This document shows positions 51,355 through 64,000 of a DNA stretch of 64,000 bases, in pieces. The first letter of the stretch is position 1. Every line of letters begins with the position of its first letter. The position numbers were made by a program, and so were the translations under genes. A model generated the notes under the pieces. The model was not told where the DNA came from and ran no database searches. It saw only the letters and a program-made list of their open reading frames with translations. The stretch is from the NCBI GenBank assembly GCA_964016885.1, contig OZ024752.1, forward strand, positions 36,084,001-36,148,000, read 5' to 3'. This stretch comes from Eledone cirrhosa (lineage: Eukaryota).

Positions 51355-51673
51355 TTTATAACTTTGCCTATTAATCCATATGGTGAGCAAATGGGGTCCG
51401 ACGTGCTGGCCTCCCCACAGCCCTGGCGAACAGGATGGAGAAGGGGTTTCCCCGGAGGATGGTAAGCGAGATGCACTGGAAGAGTCAGTCCAACTCGTGA
51501 GACTCACTCCTGCAGCTGGCTAGCTCAGTGCCTATGGTGGTGAGATAACGCCTTTACCATGAAAATACAATAGTAAATATAAAGTAATGTAAATGCTAAA
51601 GAGTTAATGATATTAAACCTTAATATTCCACTATGGATTAACAAATAATTTTTTTCTTTCTTTCTGTTTTTAG

Positions 51674-51744
51674 TCTTTAAGTCAGTTTTGGTATACAGAC
51701 ACCACTACTAAGTTATTAACAGATTTGATACCAAAAAATGCGGT
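51674..51744 (+). CDS. EEF1AKMT1/N6AMT2-like exon
   Basis: tag/gtaagt. SLSQFWYTDTTTKLLTDLIPKNA carries the family LSQFWY motif. Confidence 0.88.
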
Positions 51745-53424
51745 GTAAGTATTATCAACATCATTTTCCATCTATTTTCCATGCTGGCAAGAGTTACATG
51801 GATTGTCGCAATCCTTGAGTAGACTTCCTCATATCTATGTTTCATATTTTGGCATGGCTTCTATGGCCAGATGCTCTTCCTAATGCCAACCTCTTTGCAG
51901 AGTGTACTGGGCACATTTTATTGCAGCTCATTAGAGAGGTTGTCATGTACTTTGCAAGATTGAAGAGTCCTCTCTATATCATATTGTTTCTGTTTGATAG
52001 CCAACCAGTTTATAAAGTGTACTGTGTACATTTTATCACAACACCAACACTAGAGTGGTTATTATGTCCTTGATGTGACTAGAGCAGAGATGGGGAACTT
52101 GTGGCCTTTTGAAAAAAATCAAAAATTTCCAACAAATTTAAAATTTTTATTCATATGTTTTTGTCAATCTCTTATTATTTTGATTTAAATCATAAGATGA
52201 ATGTATTCTAAATAGCAGGAAAATTCAACGAAATAATCTACACTGACAGATAGCCAGAATTTAAAAATTAGTAGATCATAAGGGCCATTTTAACACTTTC
52301 TATGATCATGTTTTAGTTCTAATGTGATTCTAGAATGTACATTAAATTCCTGCTTGACTGGAGTTGCCACTATTGCCTGAGGCTGGCTAGTGAGAACCAG
52401 CAGATATTTAGTAAGCCAGTGATTAACAAAATTTTAAGAATATATAATTATGGTTTCTTGAATGCAGCCTTATTATATTACAAGTAACTTAATGCGACCT
52501 TTCAACTGGACTAGAGTGTTTTCTCTATCCTACATTCTGTCAGTTTGTTCACCCACCACTGTATTAAGTGTATTCTATCACGATACCAGGGAGATGTTGT
52601 TTACAAGCTGTTCACTGCAAGATATACTTATTCTATTCATCCATTACCAGTGCCATGAAGAAGTTCCCCCTCCCATCTTACCCTGTCCAGCATTGCCATC
52701 TGAATTTCCCCTGCCATATTCAAGAACATCCTTCAGTTTTAACAAGGATAGTATCTCTCACACTCTGCCTGCTTATAAAAACAGTTATATACATCATATG
52801 CCTACTGTAGTGGACTACTACCATGTTCCTAACTAGAATAGCATGTTAAAAACAAAACCATTACAACTTTGCACTTGTCTCATGAGAACACATCATGATG
52901 TCTTGGAAATACGTATAACAGGATTATATAATAAATAGAGTATGTACATTTAAAACCATCTCTCTTTACAATATTGACACTTTGTTTGATACCTTATTGA
53001 TAATACTTTAAGGAACACAAGTCGTAGAGTGGTTTATGTCAGTTTAAGTCGATAGATTATTTGATCAAACAACATATCTTTACTTGAATAATATATATAG
53101 AAAAAATAGAAAAAAAGAAAAAAACAGTAGAAAATGCTAAAGGGATTTTCTCAGAATAACATCAAAACATTTATTTACAAAATAGGAATTTCCGCATATA
53201 ATTGTACCAGTTTCAGCTTATATGCTTTTTCAATAACGGAAGTATATAATGCAATTAAATTGCATATTAATAAGAACAATAAGAATATGGGGGGAAAAAA
53301 TTTTGTTTTTACAGACATATTTAGGGAGAAAAGTTCACGTTTTTGTCTGTGGTTTTCTTTCTTTTTCTCTTGGTGTTGATCTAAGCCTATATACATATAT
53401 ATATATATATTTATTTTATTTTAG

Positions 53425-53714
53425 TGTTTGCTGCATCTGTTGCCCTTCTGTTTATGAAAAATTGAAAAGTGATGAATCTCGAACTGCAAATGATAAGGTC
53501 TTTCTTCTTGATATTGATAACGCTAAATATAACACATATAAGAATTACATCTATTATAACTGTATGTTTCCAAGTCATGAGGTGAAAGAGTACCAGAGCC
53601 GTTTTGACGTGGTGATAGCTGATGCACCATATATCAGTAAAAAATGCATAGAGAGATTATTGATAACCATTGATCTCTTGAAAAAATTGAATGCTAAAAC
53701 TTACCTATGTGCAG
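53425..53714 (+). CDS. EEF1AKMT1/N6AMT2-like exon (SAM-binding core)
   Basis: tag/gtatgt. VCCICCPSVYEKL...FDVVIADAPYISKKC...YLCA resembles 'IACVSAPSVYQKL...FDIVIADPPYLSEEC...LLCTG'. Confidence 0.9.
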
Positions 53715-54069
53715 GTATGTTATTGGACTCTAAAACGTTCATTGTTTTTACCTTTTGTATGTCTTGTATCATCATCATCATCATCACCGTTTTACGTCCA
53801 TTCTTCCACGCTAGCATGGGTTAGACGGGTTGTCCTGTTGTGGGCAGTGTCTGGTCGGCTGACCATGCCTTGCTCATACAGGAACTGATCTGGCTTGATT
53901 TCTACAGCTGGATGCCCTTCCTAACACCAACCTCATTTACAGTGAGTGCTGGGTGCTTTTTCGTGGCGCCTACATGTCCACTTTACAGTGTGGGCTGGGT
54001 GCTTTTTTGCCGTGGCACCTCCACGACCACCTTGCAGTGGGGGGGGGGGGGGGGGGGGGGCATATTGTC

Positions 54070-54690
54070 TATATGCTTCAGCTTGTACCCATGGGAGGTC
54101 GGGTACTCTGTATTACTGCGTGACGCCAGTGGTCACGGTCGTGTGTCATCGCCTTTGAGAGGTGTAATTGGGAAAGGTCGGCTTTTATCACCTCATCCCA
54201 GGTCATCTTGGGTCTCCCCACTCCGCGGTTTCCATTGACTTCTAGTGCTCTGCACCTTTTTATGTAGCTGTCATCCTTCATACGCATCACGTCCATACCA
54301 GCGCAACTGCCTCTCCTGCACACAGCATTTGATTCCTCTTATGCTCAGTCTCTCTCTCAATTCATTTATGCTTTGTCGTTCACGTATATTACTATTACAC
54401 ATCCATCGGAGCATGCAGGCTTCGTTTCTCTCTAATCTACGTAAGTCTTCCACCTTCAGCGCCCAGGTCTCACTACCATGCAACATCGCTGTTCGGATAC
54501 ACGCATCATACAGTCTGCCTTTCATTCTGAGGGAGAAGCCTTTTGCAGCTAGCAGTGGTAGTAGTTCCCTAAACTTCTTCCATCCCGTTCTTACCCTAGT
54601 TATTGTACTTTCTGAACACCCACCTCCGCTGCTAATTCGGTCACCTAGGTAGCAGAAGCTGTCTACTGTTTCTACAGAGCCCTCCCAGAG
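54070..54690 (-). mobile_element. RTE LINE 3' fragment
   Basis: ORFs 54271-54768 and 54078-54323 carry RTE motifs. Confidence 0.88.
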
Positions 54691-55077
54691 GCAACTTGGC
54701 AGAGTTGTTAGAATGTCGGATAGAATGCTTTGTGGCATTCGTTCCGACTCTCTGCTCTCTGAATTCAAATCCCGCCAAGGTTAACTTTGCCTTTCATCCT
54801 TTCGAGGTCGATAAAAAATGTACCAGTCTAGTACTGGGGTCAATTCTTCCTCGCTCTGGAAGAAATCTGCTGTACTCAGGCCTGGAGAGGGAGGGGCTCC
54901 GCCAGGCTTAAAATGGCCAAGAAACACCATTTGTCAATACGGCGCCCCTACAACTCTATCAGGAGTAACGTGACCATACACATATTGCATAACACAATTA
55001 GCAGAGTTGATAGAATGTCGGATAGAATGCTTTATGGTATTCATTCCAGCTCTCTGAGTTCAAATCTTGCCGAGGTC

Positions 55078-55606
55078 AATTAAATCTGAACCAATTTGCT
55101 GGTCTATTGAACACACATTTTTATAAAAAAAATTAAATCTGAACCAATTTGCTGGTCTATTGGATGCACATTTTTATAAAAAAAATTAAATCTGAACCAA
55201 TTTGCTGGTCTATTGGATGCACATTTTTATAAAAAAAATTAAATCTGAACCAATTTGCTGGTCTATTGGATACACATTTTTATAAAAAAAATTAAATCTG
55301 AACCAATTTGCTGGTCTATTGGATGCACATTTTTATAAAAAAAAATTAAATCTGAACCAATTTGCTGGTCTATTGAACACACATTTTTATAAAAAAAATT
55401 AAATCTGAACCAATTTGCTGGTCTATTGGATGCACATTTTTATAAAAAAAATTAAATCTGAACCAATTTGCTGGTCTATTGGATGCACATTTTTATAAAA
55501 AAAATTAAATCTGAACCAATTTGCTGGTCTATTGGATGCACATTTTTATAAAAAAAATTAAATCTGAACCAATTTGCCAGCCTATTGAACGCACATTTTT
55601 ATAAAA
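55078..55606. repeat. 53-54-bp minisatellite, about 10 copies
   Basis: Unit aattaaatctgaaccaatttgctggtctattggatgcacatttttataaaaaa. Confidence 0.95.
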
Positions 55607-56039
55607 AGAAAAAAAAAAAACATAAAAATCTACCCTGCACCCAATATGCCCGTATCACCCATGGGAGGCCAAACAGAGGGTGAGGTCAATCATGGTTAAA
55701 AAAATTTACAGATTTTATTGTAGTGGTATTTTGCCTCTAGCTTTGTGTGACATACTGGAATTTTCTATGTCTGCATGAGTTAATAACAGTAGATTTCATT
55801 TTAGCTAAGTGGGCAGATGTACAATGAAAAAAAAACAATGAAATAATTTTTAATCAATTTATGAAGAAATTTATGGAAATTCTTTTTTCTCAAAATGTCC
55901 TTGTAAAACCAGGGGTCGTGATATACAAAGGGGCGTCCTCTAGGCCAGCAAATACAGTACTTTCTTTCCAAAATGATATAATCTTGTCAATATGTCTATA
56001 TGATACACATACACGTACACTAGGTCCAAACACAGAGGA

Positions 56040-57200
56040 GCCAAACTCTCACTGTCATTGCCTCCATCTCTCTTGCCCTCCTCATCTCATTATTATGAGC
56101 AAATGGGTCCCACATGCTGGCCACGCTATGGTCCCGGCGGACAAAATGGAGAAGGCGTTTCCCTGGAGGATGGTAAGGGAGATGCGCTGGGAGATCCATT
56201 CCATCTTGCGAGGCTCACACTTGTGGCTAGCCAGCTCAGTGACTATGGTGGTAAGTAGGGAGGTAGCCCTAGGGCCAAGGACACCAGAAGTCTCCACTGC
56301 TAGGGTCTTGACTGCAAACCTGTCAGAGAGTGACCGATACTGGGAGAGTTTGCCCTCCTTAACCCGAAGTGCAGCAGAACCTGGGTTAGTTGCCGACTGC
56401 ACCAGGTTGCCACTAGAGAATGTGTTACTGCAAGTGGCATCCTAGACGAGGGATTTACCACTGCAGAATCGGAAGATGGTCATGCCATCTGGCCTTTTGC
56501 CGTCCCTTCGGACCAGCTCGAGCTGGGAAGGGAAGCCTGCAGCATCCAAGCCATGCTTTATGACCTCATTGAGAGCAGCATGGCGTGGAAGGCGGCTGGC
56601 ACTGTAGCAACAGAAAAGCAGGTGGAGGCCGAAAGAGTCCACGGTGGATCTGCAGCGACATTTACCTTGCTTGCAGATCCGTAGGCCAAGCCTCAGGGAA
56701 ACCCTGATGCGCAGGCTATCATTGTCCAACTGCATGCCAGTTGGGAAGGAGGGTAAGGCATGGAGCCAGGCACCGCTGTGGGGTTGTTAGGCCACGCGAA
56801 AACATGCAAGGCAGTGCTGGTCGAGCTGGCGTGCTAGCCTGTCTGAGGCTAGGTTGCATTGGATGGCATCCCAAATACTCTGGGGGGGGACTTGATGTCA
56901 ACAGGGGGAGAAGGAGAAGGGACGTCTACTGTGCAAAGTCCAAGCCGGTTCCACGTCTTACAGGCGGCCTCACATTCCTCAATCACAGTGGGTTCGATTG
57001 TATTTAGGAGAACCTTATGGGTGAGGATGCGGCACGAGGTTACCAATGAAAGAAACGCCAGCAAAACTAGCGAGACCTATGAGTGAGTGCCACAATTGTG
57101 CTCAAAAGGCAGCACCCAACCTCAGTGGGGGGGGGGGGGGGTAACAACTCCTTGAGGTGGCCAGATCGGAGGCAATCAGTACCTCCGCTGCTGCTGGCGG
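56040..57200 (-). mobile_element. CRE-clade-like non-LTR retrotransposon fragment
   Basis: 'LRLGL..C.C...RHAALN..DGKRPDG' and 'AVETSGVLGP..QRISLTILQGNA'. A small related piece lies at about 51385-51540. Confidence 0.78.
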
Positions 57201-57789
57201 AAAAATGTAATGTTATTAAATTTATGCTTTCCAGCATAGTTACATCCCTTTACGATCTGAGTTCAAATCCCGCCGAGGTTGACTTTGCCTTTCATCCTTA
57301 CGGAGTCGATAAAATAAAGTACCAGTAATGCACTGGGTAATTGCTGGCCTTGTGCCTAAAGTAGAAACAATTATTTTGGATTGGCAGTATCGGTAGAGGG
57401 TCGGACGCCATGCTTTGCAGCAAAGAGTTACGGCCCTTTATGGTCTGAGTTCAAATCCCGCCAAGGTTAACTTTGCCTTTCATCCTTACAGGGTCGATAA
57501 AATAAAGTACCAGTAATGTACTGGGTAATTGATGGCCTTGTGCCTAAAGTAGAAGCAGTTATTAAATTCATTCTGTTAATTGTCATATTTTTAGATCAGG
57601 ATTTCGCCTAAGATGCTTTTAAATAATTTTCTTAAGTAGCTTTCCCTTAACCCTTTAATGTTCAAACCAGTGAAAACCGGCCAGAATTCTCTACCTCTTT
57701 CTGTTGAAACTGGCTGTAACTGGTCACTCAAAGTGATGTTAAGGTATTGTTCTCAAAATAAATACTTTCAAAATTTCATAGATTCAATA

Positions 57790-60700
57790 TTATGTGAGAT
57801 AATTATGTGAGATAAAGCCTTTACCATGAAAATATAATAGTATATATAGAGCAATGTGAATGTTATGTGAGATGTTATGCGAGGTAAAGCCTTTACCATG
57901 AAAATATAATAGTATATATAGAGCAATGTGAATGTTATGTGAGGTAAAGCCTTTACCATGAAAATATAATAGTATATATAGAGCAATGTGAATGTTATGT
58001 GAGATGTTATGTGAGGTAAAGCCTTTACCATGAAAATATAATAGTATATATAGAGTAATGTGAATGTTATGTGAGATGTTATGCGAGGTAAAGCCTTTAC
58101 CATGAAAATATAATAGTATTTATAGAGTAATGTGAATGTTATGTGAGATGTTATGCGAGGTAAAGCCTTTACCATGAAAATATAATAGTATATATAGAGC
58201 AATGTGAATGTTATGTGAGATGTTATGCGAGGTAAAGCCTTTACCATGAAAATATAATAGTATATATAGAGCAATGTGAATGTTATGTGAGATGTTATGT
58301 GAGATAAAGCCTTTACCATGAAAATATAATAGTATATATAGAGCAATGTGAATGTTATGTGAGATGTTATGTGAGGTAAAGCCTTTACCATGAAAATATA
58401 ATAGTATATATAGAGCAATGTGAATGTTATGTGAGATGTTATGCGAGGTAAAGCCTTTACCATGAAAATATAATAGTATATATAGAGCAATGTGAATGTT
58501 ATGTGAGATGTTATGTGAGGTAAAATCTTTACCATGAAAATATAATAGTATATATAGAGCAATGTGAATGTTATGTGAGATGTTATGCGAGGTAAAGCCT
58601 TTACCATGAAAATATAATTGTATATATAGAGTAATGTGAATGTTATGTGAGATGTTATGTGAGGTAAAGCCTTTACCATGAAAATATAATAGTATATATA
58701 GAGCAATGTGAATGTTATGTGAAGTAAAACCTTTACCATGAAAATATAATAGTATATATAGAGCAATGTGAATGTTATGTGAGGTAAAGCCTTTACCATG
58801 AAAATATAATTGTATATATAGAGCAATGTGAATGTTATGTGAGATGTTATGCGAGGTAAAGCCTTTACCATGAAAATATAATAGTATATATAGAGCAATG
58901 TGAATGTTATGTGAGATGTTATGTGAGGTAAAGCCTTTACCATGAAAATATAATAGTATATATAGAGCAATGTGAATGTTATGTGAGGTAAAGCCTTTAC
59001 CATGAAAATATAATAGTATATATAGAGCAATGTGAATGTTATGTGAGATGTTATGCGAGGTAAAGCCTTTACCATGAAAATATAATAGTATATATAGAGC
59101 AATGTGAATGTTATGTGAGATGTTATGCGAGGTAAAGCCTTTACCATGAAAATATAATAGTATATATAGAGCAATGTGAATGTTATGTGAGATGTTATGT
59201 GAGGTAAAACCTTTACCATGAAAATATAATAGTATATATAGAGCAATGTGAATGTTATGTGAGATGTTATGTGAGGTAAAGCCTTTACCATGAAAATATA
59301 ATAGTATATATAGAGCAATGTGAATGTTATGTGAGATGTTATGTGAGGTAAAGCCTTTACCATGAAAATATAATAGTATATATAGAGCAATGTGAATGTT
59401 ATGTGAGATGTTATGTGAGGTAAAACCTTTACCATGAAAATATAATAGTATATATAGAGCAATGTGAATGTTATGTGAGATGTTATGTGAGGTAAAGCCT
59501 TTACCATGAAAATATAATAGTATATATAGAGCAATGTGAATGTTATGTGAGATGTTATGTGAGGTAAAGCCTTTACCATGAAAATATAATAGTATATATA
59601 GAGCAATGTGAATGTTATGTGAGATGTTATGTAAGGTAAAGCCTTTACCATGAAAATATAATAGTATATATAGAGCAATGTGAATGTTATGTGAGATGTT
59701 ATGCGAGGTAAAGCCTTTACCATGAAAATATAATAGTATATATAGAGCAATGTGAATGTTATGTGAGATGTTATGCGAGGTAAAGCCTTTACCATGAAAA
59801 TATAATAGTATATATAGAGCAATGTGAATGTTATGTGAGATGTTATGCGAGGTAAAGCCTTTACCATGAAAATATAATTGTATATATAGAGCAATGTGAA
59901 TGTTATGTGAGATGTTATGTGAGGTAAAGCCTTTACCATGAAAATATAATTGTATATATAGAGCAATGTGAATGTTATGTGAGATGTTATGCGAGGTAAA
60001 GCCTTTACTGTGAAAATATAATTGTATATATAGAGCAATGTGAATGTTATGTGAGATGTTATGTGAGGTAAAGCCTTTACCATGAAAATATAATAGTATA
60101 TATAGAGCAATGTGAATGTTATGTGAGATGTTATGCGAGGTAAAGCCTTTACCATGAAAATATAATAGTATATATAGAGCAATGTGAATGTTATGTGAGA
60201 TGTTATGCGAGGTAAAGCCTTTACCATGAAAATATAATAGTATATATAGAGCAATATGAATGTTATGTGAGATGTTATGCGAGGTAAAGCCTTTACCATG
60301 AAAATATAATAGTATATATAGAGCAATGTGAATGTTATGTGAGATGTTATGCGAGGTAAAGCCTTTACCATGAAAATATAATAGTATATATAGAGCAATG
60401 TGAATGTTATGTGAGATGTTATGTAAGGTAAAGCCTTTACCATGAAAATATAATAGTATATATAGAGCAATGTGAATGTTATGTGAGATGTTATGCGAGG
60501 TAAAGCCTTTACCATGAAAATATAATAGTATATATAGAGCAATGTGAATGTTATGTGAGATGTTATGCGAGGTAAAGCCTTTACCATGAAAATATAATTG
60601 TATATATAGAGCAATGTGAATGTTATGTGAGATGTTATGTGAGGTAAAGCCTTTACCATGAAAATATAATAGTATATATAGAGCAATGTGAATGTTATGT

Positions 60701-63700
60701 GAGATGTTATGTGAGGTAAAGCCTTTACCATGAAAATATAATAGTATATATAGAGCAATGTGAATGTTATGTGAGATGTTATGTAAGGTAAAGCCTTTAC
60801 CATGAAAATATAATAGTATATATAGAGCAATGTGAATGTTATGTGAGATGTTATGCGAGGTAAAGCCTTTACCATGAAAATATAATAGTATATATAGAGC
60901 AATGTGAATGTTATGTGAGATGTTATGCGAGGTAAAGCCTTTACCATGAAAATATAATAGTATATATAGAGCAATATGAATGTTATGTGAGATGTTATGC
61001 GAGGTAAAGCCTTTACCATGAAAATATAATAGTATATATAGAGCAATATGAATGTTATGTGAGATGTTATGCGAGGTAAAGCCTTTACCATGAAAATATA
61101 ATAGTATATATAGAGCAATGTGAATGTTATGTGAGATGTTATGCGAGGTAAAGCCTTTACCATGAAAATATAATTGTATATATAGAGCAATGTGAATGTT
61201 ATGTGAGATGTTATGCGAGGTAAAGCCTTTACCATGAAAATATAATTGTATATATAGAGCAATGTGAATGTTATGTGAGATGTTATGTGAGGTAAAGCCT
61301 TTACCATGAAAATATAATTGTATATATAGAGCAATGTGAATGTTATGTGAGATGTTATGCGAGGTAAAGCCTTTACCATGAAAATATAATAGTATATATA
61401 GAGCAATGTGAATGTTATGTGAGATGTTATGCGAGGTAAAGCCTTTACCATGAAAATATAATAGTATATATAGAGCAATGTGAATGTTATGTGAGATGTT
61501 ATGTGAGGTAAAGCCTTTACCATGAAAATATAATAGTATATATAGAGCAATGTGAATGTTATGTGAGATGTTATGTGAGGTAAAGCCTTTACCATGAAAA
61601 TATAATAGTATATATAGAGCAATGTGAATGTTATGTGAGATGTTATGTGAGGTAAAACCTTTACCATGAAAATATAATAGTATATATAGAGCAATGTGAA
61701 TGTTATGTGAGATGTTATGTGAGGTAAAGCCTTTACCATGAAAATATAATAGTATATATAGAGCAATGTGAATGTTATGTGAGATGTTATGTGAGGTAAA
61801 GCCTTTACCATGAAAATATAATAGTATATATAGAGCAATGTGAATGTTATGTGAGATGTTATGTAAGGTAAAGCCTTTACCATGAAAATATAATAGTATA
61901 TATAGAGCAATGTGAATGTTATGTGAGATGTTATGCGAGGTAAAGCCTTTACCATGAAAATATAATAGTATATATAGAGCAATGTGAATGTTATGTGAGA
62001 TGTTATGCGAGGTAAAGCCTTTACCATGAAAATATAATAGTATATATAGAGCAATGTGAATGTTATGTGAGATGTTATGCGAGGTAAAGCCTTTACCATG
62101 AAAATATAATTGTATATATAGAGCAATGTGAATGTTATGTGAGATGTTATGTGAGGTAAAGCCTTTACCATGAAAATATAATTGTATATATAGAGCAATG
62201 TGAATGTTATGTGAGATGTTATGCGAGGTAAAGCCTTTACTGTGAAAATATAATTGTATATATAGAGCAATGTGAATGTTATGTGAGATGTTATGTGAGG
62301 TAAAGCCTTTACCATGAAAATATAATAGTATATATAGAGCAATGTGAATGTTATGTGAGATGTTATGCGAGGTAAAGCCTTTACCATGAAAATATAATAG
62401 TATATATAGAGCAATGTGAATGTTATGTGAGATGTTATGCGAGGTAAAGCCTTTACCATGAAAATATAATAGTATATATAGAGCAATATGAATGTTATGT
62501 GAGATGTTATGCGAGGTAAAGCCTTTACCATGAAAATATAATAGTATATATAGAGCAATGTGAATGTTATGTGAGATGTTATGCGAGGTAAAGCCTTTAC
62601 CATGAAAATATAATAGTATATATAGAGCAATGTGAATGTTATGTGAGATGTTATGTAAGGTAAAGCCTTTACCATGAAAATATAATAGTATATATAGAGC
62701 AATGTGAATGTTATGTGAGATGTTATGCGAGGTAAAGCCTTTACCATGAAAATATAATAGTATATATAGAGCAATGTGAATGTTATGTGAGATGTTATGC
62801 GAGGTAAAGCCTTTACCATGAAAATATAATTGTATATATAGAGCAATGTGAATGTTATGTGAGATGTTATGTGAGGTAAAGCCTTTACCATGAAAATATA
62901 ATAGTATATATAGAGCAATGTGAATGTTATGTGAGATGTTATGTGAGGTAAAGCCTTTACCATGAAAATATAATAGTATATATAGAGCAATGTGAATGTT
63001 ATGTGAGATGTTATGTAAGGTAAAGCCTTTACCATGAAAATATAATAGTATATATAGAGCAATGTGAATGTTATGTGAGATGTTATGCGAGGTAAAGCCT
63101 TTACCATGAAAATATAATAGTATATATAGAGCAATGTGAATGTTATGTGAGATGTTATGCGAGGTAAAGCCTTTACCATGAAAATATAATAGTATATATA
63201 GAGCAATATGAATGTTATGTGAGATGTTATGCGAGGTAAAGCCTTTACCATGAAAATATAATAGTATATATAGAGCAATATGAATGTTATGTGAGATGTT
63301 ATGCGAGGTAAAGCCTTTACCATGAAAATATAATAGTATATATAGAGCAATGTGAATGTTATGTGAGATGTTATGCGAGGTAAAGCCTTTACCATGAAAA
63401 TATAATTGTATATATAGAGCAATGTGAATGTTATGTGAGATGTTATGCGAGGTAAAGCCTTTACCATGAAAATATAATTGTATATATAGAGCAATGTGAA
63501 TGTTATGTGAGATGTTATGTGAGGTAAAGCCTTTACCATGAAAATATAATTGTATATATAGAGCAATGTGAATGTTATGTGAGATGTTATGCGAGGTAAA
63601 GCCTTTACCATGAAAATATAATAGTATATATAGAGCAATGTGAATGTTATGTGAGATGTTATGCGAGGTAAAGCCTTTACCATGAAAATATAATAGTATA

Positions 63701-63862
63701 TATAGAGCAATGTGAATGTTATGTGAGATGTTATGTGAGGTAAAGCCTTTACCATGAAAATATAATAGTATATATAGAGCAATGTGAATGTTATGTGAGA
63801 TGTTATGTGAGGTAAAGCCTTTACCATGAAAATATAATAGTATATATAGAGCAATGTGAATG
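57790..63862. repeat. 72-bp tandem satellite (about 85 units, a few 60-bp variants) inside a TTAA MITE
   Basis: Unit gcctttaccatgaaaatataatagtatatatagagcaatgtgaatgttatgtgagatgttatgYgaggtaaa. The ORF track shows a 24-aa period. Confidence 0.97.
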
Positions 63863-63896
63863 CTAAAGGGTTAATCTAAATTTTCTCTTTTTTTAG

Positions 63897-64000
63897 CAAC
63901 AGTACTTGAAAAATATCTTGGAAAAAAATGGGAGAAGACTAATCACAAGATAGAGCACACAAACAAAAGAGGAAATGAATATGCTTGTTATCAAGATGGA
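63897..64000 (+). CDS. EEF1AKMT1/N6AMT2-like last exon (runs off window)
   Basis: Polypyrimidine tract plus tag, phase 1. (A)TVLEKYLGKKWEKTNHKIEHTNKRGNEYACYQDG resembles 'HTRNLANEFRCY'. Confidence 0.8.

Noticed and set aside
50829-51374. 181-aa (IVVLFT)n ORF
   Set aside because: It is an 18-bp minisatellite.
55078-55606. CRISPR-like regular repeat
   Set aside because: There are no unique spacers and no cas genes, and the context is eukaryotic. It is a plain minisatellite.
57768-63854. 2028-aa ORF
   Set aside because: It is a stop-free frame of a 72-bp satellite inside a MITE, antisense within an intron, with no protein-like features.

Overview
Repeat-rich eukaryotic DNA. The SINE/LINE content and microsatellite density resemble an octopod cephalopod (inferred, not verified). 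It holds two spliced genes. (1) A taxilin-family gene on the minus strand: 12 coding exons traced by hand from 27632 off the left edge, including a 2.2-kb acidic, internally repetitive exon. (2) A divergent EEF1AKMT1/N6AMT2-like lysine methyltransferase on the plus strand: 5 exons from 47445 off the right edge, with DAPY in place of DPPY. The rest is tRNA-derived SINEs, RTE/L1-Tx1/CR1/CRE LINE fragments, a Helitron, TTAA-flanked MITEs (one expanded into a 6-kb 72-bp satellite) and minisatellites. The most notable signal is several unrelated short non-coding elements inserted in (TA)n tracts that carry type I hammerhead ribozyme folds and are often duplicated as divergent inverted pairs. The best case is a 591-bp tandem-plus-inverted array with five hammerheads carrying a compensatory U3-A8 core, consistent with a retrozyme/Penelope-like system. 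All folds were read by eye and none is experimentally or computationally confirmed.
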